Below, piece after piece: positions 56,429 to 64,000 of a stretch of 64,000 bases of DNA; positions within the stretch are counted from its first letter, which is position 1; each line of letters begins with the position of its first letter. A program made the position numbers and the translations under genes. Below the pieces are notes generated by a model. It had not been told where the DNA came from, searched no databases, and worked only from the letters and a program-made list of their open reading frames with translations. Location: assembly GCA_036385045.1 (NCBI GenBank), contig DASVLC010000252.1:2185-66184 (forward strand), written 5' to 3'. The DNA is from Thermoanaerobaculia bacterium (GTDB lineage Bacteria > Acidobacteriota > Thermoanaerobaculia > Gp7-AA8).

Positions 56429-57184
56429 ATGACCGAAGACCTCCGTCTCGCTCTCGCTCTTGCAGACGCGGCCGACGAGATCACGATGCGCTCGTTCCGG
56501 CAGTCGGCTCTTCAGGTGCGGACCAAGAGCGACCGCTCTCCCGTGTCGGAAGCCGACGAGGGCGTCGAGACGATGGTGCGAGAGACACTCGCCAGCGAAC
56601 GACCCGCGGACGGCATCCTCGGCGAAGAGTTCGGAAGCAGCGGTTCTGCCGGGCGTCGCTGGATCATCGATCCAATCGACGGCACCAGCAACTACATCCG
56701 CGGCATCCCGGTCTTCGCAACGCTCATCGCTCTCGCAGAAGGGGGGCGGGTCATTGCAAGTGTGATCTCGGCTCCCGCACTGCAGCGACGCTGGTGGGCC
56801 TCCTCGGGCGAAGGCTCCTGGTGCAACGGCAGCAGGCTGCGCGTTTCACGGGTCGAGACTCTCGAGGAGTCTCACCTCGCCTACGACAGCGTGACCGACT
56901 TTGACCGCGTCGGAACTGCCGATCGATTTCTGAAGCTCGTACGGCGCTGCACACGAGCTCGTGGCTTCGGCGATTTCTGGTCCCACATGCTGGTGGCCGA
57001 AGGGGCGATCGAGATTGCGATCGAGCCGGTCGTCGCCGCCTGGGACATGGCCGCAGTGCAGATCATCGTCGAAGAGGCGGGAGGGCGTTTCAGCGCCCTC
57101 GATGGCAGTCCCCGATTCGACGCGGGCAGCGGGCTATCGACCAACGGCCGCGTACACGAGGCGGTGCTGGAGACTTTTCGATGA
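56429..57184 (+). CDS. Inositol monophosphatase family protein (HisN/SuhB-like)
   Basis: ORF trimmed to MTEDLRL. Metal-binding motifs (EE…DPIDGT; WDMAA). Confidence 0.8.
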   Translation: MTEDLRLALALADAADEITMRSFRQSALQVRTKSDRSPVSEADEGVETMVRETLASERPADGILGEEFGSSGSAGRRWIIDPIDGTSNYIRGIPVFATLIALAEGGRVIASVISAPALQRRWWASSGEGSWCNGSRLRVSRVETLEESHLAYDSVTDFDRVGTADRFLKLVRRCTRARGFGDFWSHMLVAEGAIEIAIEPVVAAWDMAAVQIIVEEAGGRFSALDGSPRFDAGSGLSTNGRVHEAVLETFR

Positions 57185-57759
57185 CCGAACAGGTGATGAT
57201 CGTCGAGCGAGAGATCCTCGCTCCCTTTCTGATCGACCGCGGGCTGGTAACCGAGCGGACGGATGCCATTCTCGATCTGGTGAACGACCGTCACTTCTTC
57301 ATTGACCGCGCCACCGCGGAAGTCTCCCCGCAATACAAGCAGATCATTCCGTACGTGCTGATCCGACGGGCGGAATCCTTTTTCCTCCTGCAGCGGACAC
57401 CGAAGCAGACCGAAACGCGCCTGCACGGAATGCTGTCGCTCGGAATCGGTGGCCACATCAATCCCGAGACGCCCGATCTCCTCGACGGCCTGCAGAAGGA
57501 ACTGGAGGAAGAGGTGAACGTGGAAGGCGATTTCGACCTCGAGTTCGTCGGAATCCTGAATGACGACTCGACCGACGTCGGCAGTGTGCATCTCGGGGCG
57601 GTGTTCGTCCTCGAGTCTCTCGCCGGAGATGTTACGGTCCGCGAGACCGAAAAGATGACCGGTCGCTGGGTCCCGCGTGCGGAGCTGCCGCCCTACCGTG
57701 ACGCGATGGAGAGCTGGTCGCAGATCGTGTACGACGACTGGGTCGTCCTGCAGAAATGA
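57181..57759 (+). CDS. Hypothetical protein with a degenerate Nudix-like box
   Basis: GGHINPE…KELEEEVNV approximates GX5EX7REUXEEXGU. 4-bp overlap with the upstream gene. Confidence 0.35.
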   Translation: MTEQVMIVEREILAPFLIDRGLVTERTDAILDLVNDRHFFIDRATAEVSPQYKQIIPYVLIRRAESFFLLQRTPKQTETRLHGMLSLGIGGHINPETPDLLDGLQKELEEEVNVEGDFDLEFVGILNDDSTDVGSVHLGAVFVLESLAGDVTVRETEKMTGRWVPRAELPPYRDAMESWSQIVYDDWVVLQK

Positions 57760-57770
57760 AGTTGATGAGA

Positions 57771-57790
57771 AGGGCGGATCGCTCCGCCCT
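57771..57790. terminator. Bidirectional hairpin between convergent genes
   Basis: Perfect 8-bp stem AGGGCGGA/TCCGCCCT with loop TCGC, lying between the stop of the Nudix-like gene (57759) and the stop of the minus-strand protease gene (57800). There is no U-tract. Confidence 0.4.
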
Positions 57791-57799
57791 CCTCATCCG

Positions 57800-60700
57800 T
57801 CATCGTCCTGCGAAGAACACCGGATCGCCCGACTTGTTGTCGACCATCGACCCGTAAGCGAAGAGCTGCGCGTTCCCATCACCCTCGATCATCAGCGTGA
57901 AGTTGCCAATCGACGAAATCGCGGGGAACAGCGCACTGAGCCCGTACTGCACCTGGGCTCCCGGGGCGAGCGTTACGAATGTCCGCGCCACTTCGGCTCC
58001 CGAATTCGAGAGCACCATCACGGCAAACAGCTCACTCTCTCCGCCTCGGTTCACGAATCCGACGTTGGTCCGGTAACTCGCATCGTGGCGAAGTCCCGGA
58101 ACGAACTGCTGGCGACCGAACGATGCCACCGGGTCGATCGACTGACCGTAGGTACCGCCCCCCGCAACCGACGTATAGGTGCGGCTCGTCACGACAGGAC
58201 CGCCCGAGCCAGTCCAGGTGACATCGAGTTTCCCACTGCCCGACGAGTGTCCGAACTGCGCCAGAACGTCCGACATGACCGTCGTCTGCCCAGCCTGCAG
58301 CGTTACGTACTTCGGAGCACCGCCGTAACGCAGCGTCAGCGAGAGCGAGCCGGACCCCGGATTGTGAAGAATGACGTCGCTGCGCCAGAACGTCGCGTTC
58401 GCGCCGGGCGCACGTCCGACGACCGGGAGCGTCAGACTTCCGCCCAGCGCTGGAGGTGTCGCCTGAATGAAGACTGGATCCTGTGAGAGGTTATCGACGA
58501 CTGACGCGTACGCACTGATTGAGTCCTGCGTCGTCGCAGACAACTGCATCGTCAGTCCGGAGTAGGAGCCGCCCTGCACCACTGGAAAGTACGACGCGAG
58601 AGCTGCCTGCTGGAAGCTGTTCGCTCCGAGGGTCATGGAGTTCGAGGCCAGCACACCGCCGTGCGATGCACGAAGAGTCAACGTCACGCCCACGGCGTTG
58701 TTTCCGCGGTTCACGAGTCCGATGTTGGTTCGGAACGCCGCGTCCGACTGAATGCCGGTGACGTGAAGCGTTCGCTGCAGCGCGGCATCCTGGACATCGG
58801 GAACGGACTGACCGTAGGTACCCATCACACCCGACGTGAACGTGCGGCTCGTCACGCGCAAGTCGGCGCTCGCTCCGCCACTCGTCGCCTCGATCCCGAT
58901 CGCTCCGGAACCGCTCCCGATCCCGTAGAGGTCCAGCAGCGCATTCGCGTACGTGACCGACTGCCGCGGTGAGAGGAAGAGGCTTCGCGACTGAATCGCG
59001 CTGCCCGCCGACGGAACGTACGTAAGCGAGACGGTTGCACCGTGGGTGCCGGCATTGAACAGACTCAGCTCCGTCCGCCATGCCGTTCCGCCAATGCCTG
59101 CCGTCTGTGCGGCCGCGGACACCAGCGTTCTGTACGCCGCGATCTGCGTGACATTCACGCTCTTCGAAGAGGTGCTCGAGCTGGTGGCGTTCGACGCAGT
59201 CAGCGTTACGTGGTACGTACCCGGAGCCGTCCAGGTGTGGAACGGATTGCGGGCGGTGGATGTCCGGCCATCGCCAAAAGACCACGACCAGGCGGTGGGC
59301 GATCCGCTCGACTGATCCGTCAATGTCACGCCTGCGCCCACTGTCGCCGTCGCCGGCGCACTGAAGGCAGCAACCACGGCTGGCGTGATCGGGGCCGGCG
59401 CCTGAACGGTAACGCTGCGCGTCGTCGTCGAAGACTCGGAGCCGCGGTAGACGGTGAGCGACACGGAGTGCGTGCCAGCGGAGGAAAACTGCTTCGATGG
59501 ATTCTGCTGCGTCATGATCGACCCGTCGCTGAAGGCCCAACGCCACGAAGTCGGAGCACCCGACGATTGATCCGTAAACCACACGACATTCGAGGTGGTC
59601 GGAGAAGTGGGAGAGAACGAAAAGGACGCGCTCAACTGTGAGCTGACCGACACCGTGCGAGACGTCGATGACGACCCCGCACTGTTGTGTACGGTGAGGG
59701 TCACAGTGTAGGCACCCGACGTCGAGTACACCTTCGATGGCGTCGCGGCCGTCGAGGTCGTCCCGTCGCCGAAGTTCCACTGGCGCGAGTTCACTCCTCC
59801 GGTCGACTCGTCGTAGAAGGTGAACGAAGTCACCCCTGCGAGGCCACTCTGCGGCGTGAAGCTGAACGCAGCGACCGGCCCGGAGGCGATACTCGCCGTT
59901 ACCGTGTTGGATGCCGAAGACGTTCCGGCGGAGTTCGAGGCATTCACATAAACGCGATAGCTGCCTCCTGCCAGACCACTGATCCGCGCCGTCGTCACAT
60001 TGGTTCCTACCGTGGCGACCTTGCTGAACGCACCGCTGCCGGCAGCAAGGTAAACGCCCTGACTCGTCTCATTCGAGGCGTTGTCCGTCCACGTCAGGTC
60101 GAGATTGCTTCCTGAAGGGGTCGCCGTGAGGCCGCTCGGAGCGGCGGGCACTGTGACCGGTGGCGGTGGTGGCGGAGCACTGCCATTCGGATAGAGCCAC
60201 CGTGCCGCGAGCTTGTCATCATCGCGCAGAGAGGGACCGAGTCCCGTGACCGTGGCGTACATCAACGCCGTGCTGTCCGCGCTGTGTCCGAACCCGAGCG
60301 TATGCCCGAACTCGTGTGCAAGTATCTCGGCCAGGCGCGAGCTGCTGATGCCGTTTGCAGGGGAGACGCCGTCCTGAATCACGATGTTCGCCTCGACGAT
60401 CTCGTACGCACGGATCGACCCGGCAGGATGCGAGGCGTCCGCAGCGAAGGGGGCCGTCCACATCCCCCCAGTCGTAACTCCATTGAATCCGCCGATGCCG
60501 ACGGTGCCGCCGCCATTGCGGGTATACGTGCCTGCGATCTCGTTTAACGGATCGTTGAACAGAACCTCGTTACGGCTGTTGCGCGTACCCATGCCGCCCG
60601 GGCTGACCGACAACGCTCCGACATAGGAGTAGTTGATCTTCGCGCTCGAATACTGGTTCCAGGGAGCCATCCCCGTTCCGAGCTCGCTTACCCCACCATC

Positions 60701-61456
60701 GGTGTACCCTGGCTGCGAGCCGTGGTGATACCACTGCGCCGTCTGACCATTGTCGAAACGGAACCATCGATAAACCGTCGGCTCCGAGATCAGCGTGAAG
60801 TTCGAGCTGATGCTCGGCGAGTCCGAACCACCCGACTGCAGGCTGCTCTGAGCTCCCTTGCGCTTCAGGACTGGATTCTCGATCCCGTAGTTCTTCACGC
60901 CCTGGCGGCCGGCGATGCGGTCGAAGACGAATCGCTCGAACCCGGCCGCCTCGCGCTGGATGTTCCGCGGATGCACGTGATGAAAGTCCTTGTCGAGCAG
61001 CAGCACGTCGTAACCCGCGTCATCCCGCAGCCAGAGCCGGCGGCCATTCGTCATCTCGGCTGAGGTGAACTTGCCTACGAAGAGGTCGACGACGCGATGG
61101 CCTGCGTTTCCTCTGAGATCGGGCGAAAGAAACAGCAGAACCTGCTCTCCCGGGGTGAACTCGGGGGTCCCGTAGACGACCGTGATCCGATCATCGATCT
61201 CGCCGCCCGGCTCGCGGACGATAATGCTGCGTCCGGCGTTTCCTTTGAGCGTCCGATTGACCGTGAGGCGCGTTTCCGTCCAGATCGCACCTTCCTGGTC
61301 GACAGGCGTAACGGACTCGACTGTCGCTTCGACAATCAGCGCCGCCTTCGCCACGAGCTGTTCGTCCTCAGGAAGTACGATCGTCGTGGCCGAAGCAGCA
61401 GCAGCAAGGATCAGAAAAAGGGCACACGTCGCCCCATACACCCGGTAATGTTTCAA
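57800..61456 (-). CDS. Secreted multidomain metzincin metalloprotease with FN3, three PKD and further C-terminal beta-sandwich domains
   Basis: Signal peptide. Zinc site [14 protein letters not shown]3 ([33 protein letters not shown]). Three PKD repeats (…WNFGDGTTS…YTVTLTV…). Further repeated ~100-aa modules. Confidence 0.8.
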   Translation of the reverse strand: MKHYRVYGATCALFLILAAAASATTIVLPEDEQLVAKAALIVEATVESVTPVDQEGAIWTETRLTVNRTLKGNAGRSIIVREPGGEIDDRITVVYGTPEFTPGEQVLLFLSPDLRGNAGHRVVDLFVGKFTSAEMTNGRRLWLRDDAGYDVLLLDKDFHHVHPRNIQREAAGFERFVFDRIAGRQGVKNYGIENPVLKRKGAQSSLQSGGSDSPSISSNFTLISEPTVYRWFRFDNGQTAQWYHHGSQPGYTDGGVSELGTGMAPWNQYSSAKINYSYVGALSVSPGGMGTRNSRNEVLFNDPLNEIAGTYTRNGGGTVGIGGFNGVTTGGMWTAPFAADASHPAGSIRAYEIVEANIVIQDGVSPANGISSSRLAEILAHEFGHTLGFGHSADSTALMYATVTGLGPSLRDDDKLAARWLYPNGSAPPPPPPVTVPAAPSGLTATPSGSNLDLTWTDNASNETSQGVYLAAGSGAFSKVATVGTNVTTARISGLAGGSYRVYVNASNSAGTSSASNTVTASIASGPVAAFSFTPQSGLAGVTSFTFYDESTGGVNSRQWNFGDGTTSTAATPSKVYSTSGAYTVTLTVHNSAGSSSTSRTVSVSSQLSASFSFSPTSPTTSNVVWFTDQSSGAPTSWRWAFSDGSIMTQQNPSKQFSSAGTHSVSLTVYRGSESSTTTRSVTVQAPAPITPAVVAAFSAPATATVGAGVTLTDQSSGSPTAWSWSFGDGRTSTARNPFHTWTAPGTYHVTLTASNATSSSTSSKSVNVTQIAAYRTLVSAAAQTAGIGGTAWRTELSLFNAGTHGATVSLTYVPSAGSAIQSRSLFLSPRQSVTYANALLDLYGIGSGSGAIGIEATSGGASADLRVTSRTFTSGVMGTYGQSVPDVQDAALQRTLHVTGIQSDAAFRTNIGLVNRGNNAVGVTLTLRASHGGVLASNSMTLGANSFQQAALASYFPVVQGGSYSGLTMQLSATTQDSISAYASVVDNLSQDPVFIQATPPALGGSLTLPVVGRAPGANATFWRSDVILHNPGSGSLSLTLRYGGAPKYVTLQAGQTTVMSDVLAQFGHSSGSGKLDVTWTGSGGPVVTSRTYTSVAGGGTYGQSIDPVASFGRQQFVPGLRHDASYRTNVGFVNRGGESELFAVMVLSNSGAEVARTFVTLAPGAQVQYGLSALFPAISSIGNFTLMIEGDGNAQLFAYGSMVDNKSGDPVFFAGR

Positions 61457-61598
61457 TTGGACCTCCGATGGTTATTCGGATAAACGGTACCTCACGAAAG
61501 TGCATTCCTGGTGTGACCCTGCCCACATTCCCGCTGAACAATTGAGGCTGCCCGGGCAGCAGGTTCTCGCAACCACAGGGTGTGCTACGGTCGCCGCG

Positions 61599-62072
61599 AT
61601 GAAGACCAACGCCGCGCGCCTGCTCGATTCCCTCGGCATACGGTACGAGCTGCGGGATTACGAGGTGGATCCGGACGACCTGACTGCAGAGAGCGTCGCG
61701 AGAAAGATCGGGTTTCCGGCAGAGCAGGTGTTCAAGACACTCGTCGCGCGGGGGGATCGCAGCGGTGTCGTATTCGCCGTTGTCCCGGGCGATAAGGAGC
61801 TCGATATGAAAGCCCTGGCGACGCTCAGCGGAGACCGCAAGGTCGAGACCGTCGCGCTCAAGGAGGTTCAGCCGCTCACGGGCTACATCCGTGGGGGCGT
61901 GACTGTCCTTGCGGCAAGGAAAAGCTATCCCGTCTATGTCGACGAGACGATCGAGCTCTTCGACGTGATCTCCGTTTCGGCCGGGGTCCGCGGCACGCAG
62001 ATCATCATCGATCCGGCCGCCTACCTTCGTGCGACGGGCGCAACGCCGGGATCGATCTCCAGAGAGCCGTAG
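61599..62072 (+). CDS. ybaK: Cys-tRNA(Pro)/Cys-tRNA(Cys) deacylase YbaK
   Basis: ORF trimmed to [10 protein letters not shown]. YbaK/ProX-like editing domain (TNAARLLD…FKTLV…[10 protein letters not shown]). Confidence 0.8.
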   Translation: MKTNAARLLDSLGIRYELRDYEVDPDDLTAESVARKIGFPAEQVFKTLVARGDRSGVVFAVVPGDKELDMKALATLSGDRKVETVALKEVQPLTGYIRGGVTVLAARKSYPVYVDETIELFDVISVSAGVRGTQIIIDPAAYLRATGATPGSISREP

Positions 62073-62130
62073 CCAAATCGTTTCTCAGGGCTGGATGCGT
62101 GTGGAACGCATCCTGCCTTTGAAGCGACGC

Positions 62131-63087
62131 ATGAAGTGTCAGGCCGCCGTACTCGCAGTCTTCGCAATTCTCTTTGCTGTCCCAGCCGCACAGGGACAGC
62201 TCCCCACCGAGGAGCAGACCGTCATCACCGTTGCGCGCAACGCCACTCCCTCTGTCGTCAGCGTCTCGCGACGCGGTGGTTCCGGCTCGGGAGTGATCAT
62301 CCGATCGGACGGCGTCGTGTTGACGAACGCGCATGTCGTCGGAAATGCGCGAACGGTCGAAATTCGAACTGCCGATGGGCAGACGTTTACCGGCACCGTG
62401 CTGGGGCGCGACACGAGCATCGACATAGCAGTCGTGCGGGTCGACGCCCGCAATCTGCCGTCGTCTCCGCTGGCGAATTCTGACGAGTTGCAGGTTGGGC
62501 AGGTGGCGATCGCGATCGGGAATCCACTCGGACTCGACCGTACCGTGACACGAGGAGTGGTCTCCGCGGTGAACCGCGATCCTCGCGGAGTCGGGATTGC
62601 GACCGGGCTGATTCAGACGGACGCCGCCATCAATCCGGGGAACTCAGGGGGACCGTTACTCGATTCTGCGGGGCGCGTCATGGGCATCAACACGGCCATG
62701 CTCGCAGGGACCACGGGGTTAGGCTTTGCGATTCCGATCAATGTCGCCGTAGATGCCGTCGATCAGATTCTGGCCACCGGGCGCGTTCGAAGGGCTTATC
62801 TCGGAATCGCATCACGGGTGATCGAACCGGAAGTCGCCCGGCGCTTCAACCTCCCGGTCGAGAGCGGTCTCGTCGTGACACTCGTCGAGCGAAACTCGCC
62901 GGCCGACCGCGCAGGCCTTCGCGTACAGGACTTCATCGTAGGTTTTGGTGGGGAGCGGATACGGCACAGCGGCGATCTGCCACGTCTGCTGCGAGCCCGC
63001 CGGCCAGGCGATCGAGTGACGATCGAGATTGTTCGCGAGGGTCAGCCGGCAACACTCACCGCACAGCTCGGCGAAGCCTCAACGTAA
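62131..63087 (+). CDS. HtrA/DegP-family periplasmic serine protease with PDZ domain
   Basis: Signal peptide MKCQAAVLAVFAILFAVPAAQG. Catalytic triad blocks (TNAHVV; D in DIAVV; GNSGGPL). C-terminal PDZ. An alternative start is at 62095. Confidence 0.8.
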   Translation: MKCQAAVLAVFAILFAVPAAQGQLPTEEQTVITVARNATPSVVSVSRRGGSGSGVIIRSDGVVLTNAHVVGNARTVEIRTADGQTFTGTVLGRDTSIDIAVVRVDARNLPSSPLANSDELQVGQVAIAIGNPLGLDRTVTRGVVSAVNRDPRGVGIATGLIQTDAAINPGNSGGPLLDSAGRVMGINTAMLAGTTGLGFAIPINVAVDAVDQILATGRVRRAYLGIASRVIEPEVARRFNLPVESGLVVTLVERNSPADRAGLRVQDFIVGFGGERIRHSGDLPRLLRARRPGDRVTIEIVREGQPATLTAQLGEAST

Positions 63088-63090
63088 CGT

Positions 63091-64000
63091 CTACTTCACC
63101 GCCGGTATCGTGAAGCGGAATACGGCACCACCAGCGGGCGCCTGTTCGGCCCACACGCGACCGCCGTGAGCTTCGACAATGCCACGTACGATCGCCAGGC
63201 CAAGTCCGGAACCGAGGTGTGCAGTCTTTTTCGCTTGCCAGTAGGGTGTGAACAGGTTGGGCCGCTCCGACTCCGGAATACCGGGGCCGGTGTCTCGGAC
63301 GGCGAACTCGACGAAGTTGCGGTCGCTGCTCGCTTCGACGGTGATTGATCCACCTTCCGGCGTGAACTTGATCGCGTTGCCGATCAGATTGCCGAACACC
63401 TGCACCAGACGGTCGTGATCGGCGCAGATCGTCGGAAGCTCACCTTCCACGAGGCAGGTGATCTGCTGGTGTTTCAGAGCGGCCACATGCGCGTTCGAGT
63501 CGCAGACCTCGCGCAGCAGGTCCTCGGTCGGCATGTCCGCCTGGGCGACCGAGAGGATCCCGCTCTCCATCCGCGCGACGTCGAGCAGATCCTGAATCAG
63601 CCTCTCCATCTGCCGCGCGGAGGCTCGGATGTTTTCGATGAGTTCGTGCTGCTCTTCGGCCGGAGCTTCCTCGAGCAGATCTGCGCTCAGAGTGATCTTC
63701 GTCAGCGGGTTCCTGAGGTCGTGCGACACGATGCCGAGGGTTTCGTCACGCACGCGGACCGCGGCCTCGGCTCGCTCCTTCGCCTCGCGCTCGCGTTCCA
63801 TGAGGCGCACGCGTCGCAATGCGAGGGATGCGAGATCTCCGAGAGTTCGTGCGCGCTCGATGTCGTCATCACGAAACCTGCGGCCTGACGAGCGGCCGTT
63901 GAGCAGGACCAGGGCGCCGAGAGCGTCCTGGTCCGCGATCAGCGGTGTCACCAGCACCTCGCAATCGGGACAGCTCTCGGCGAGATAAGGGGCCATGCTC
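63091..64000 (-). CDS. Sensor histidine kinase with a GAF-like input (C-terminal part; gene continues past the right edge)
   Basis: HisKA H-box (VSHDLRNPL) and HATPase_c N/G boxes (GNAIKFT; DTGPGI; GLGLAIV). The upstream portion looks GAF-like. The 5' end lies beyond 64000. Confidence 0.8.
   Translation of the reverse strand, partial: SMAPYLAESCPDCEVLVTPLIADQDALGALVLLNGRSSGRRFRDDDIERARTLGDLASLALRRVRLMEREREAKERAEAAVRVRDETLGIVSHDLRNPLTKITLSADLLEEAPAEEQHELIENIRASARQMERLIQDLLDVARMESGILSVAQADMPTEDLLREVCDSNAHVAALKHQQITCLVEGELPTICADHDRLVQVFGNLIGNAIKFTPEGGSITVEASSDRNFVEFAVRDTGPGIPESERPNLFTPYWQAKKTAHLGSGLGLAIVRGIVEAHGGRVWAEQAPAGGAVFRFTIPAVK

Noticed and set aside
58491-59780. 429-aa minus-strand ORF in an alternative frame of the metalloprotease gene
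   Set aside because: It lies same-strand but out of frame with a 1218-aa ORF that has coherent domain architecture. Its composition is Arg/Gly-rich.

Overview
This is a high-GC (~68%) bacterial chromosomal segment, densely coding on both strands. I call about 56 protein genes and one tRNA-Ala(CGC). I found no transposase, integrase, prophage or CRISPR array.

The main blocks are:
- (1) 0-10 kb: small-molecule and stress genes (DUF302, fasciclin, XRE-cupin regulator, APC permease, GGDEF, FMN reductase, MBL hydrolase, CueR-like MerR, ASRT-like protein, TreS-like GH13).
- (2) 10-17 kb: an LLM/F420-type oxidoreductase; a B12-binding radical-SAM enzyme fused to a C-terminal STAS domain; a Thr/Pro-rich lipoprotein with two CXXCH motifs; tRNA-Ala; and a translationally coupled KamA-family 2,3-aminomutase plus class I/II aminotransferase pair.
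- (3) 17-20 kb: a BlaI repressor and a BlaR1-like M56 peptidase fused to STN and two TonB C-terminal domains, followed by a 439-bp structured non-coding region.
- (4) 21-25.4 kb: a MacAB-like HlyD/FtsX/ABC efflux operon.
- (5) 27-37.7 kb: a complete-looking Tad/Flp pilus locus on the minus strand in an unusual order (CpaE-CpaF-TadB-TadC-CpaB-CpaC). The secretin carries six 93-bp tandem repeats and two LysM-like C-terminal domains, and the locus is headed by a REC-GGDEF(degenerate)-EAL phosphodiesterase. No pilin or prepilin peptidase was detectable.
- (6) 38-46 kb: MscS, phosphoglucomutase, ferredoxin, PagL-like hydrolase, FtsY, a ClpX-like AAA+ ATPase, and a RecB-nuclease/XPD-DinG helicase fusion.
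- (7) 46-53 kb: a response regulator, a zincin-like peptidase, an ATP-grasp ligase, AsnB and a GT39 transferase.
- (8) 53-64 kb: a Ser/Thr kinase with PD40 propeller, TauE, an inositol monophosphatase, a Nudix-like protein, a 1218-aa secreted metzincin with FN3/PKD domains, YbaK, HtrA, and a partial GAF histidine kinase.

The most unusual candidates are the rSAM-STAS fusion, the aminomutase/aminotransferase pair with its structured leader, the zincin plus ATP-grasp pair, the nuclease-helicase fusion, and the structured non-coding region at 19.7-20.1 kb. All functional calls rest on motif and domain recognition by eye; I ran no database searches.
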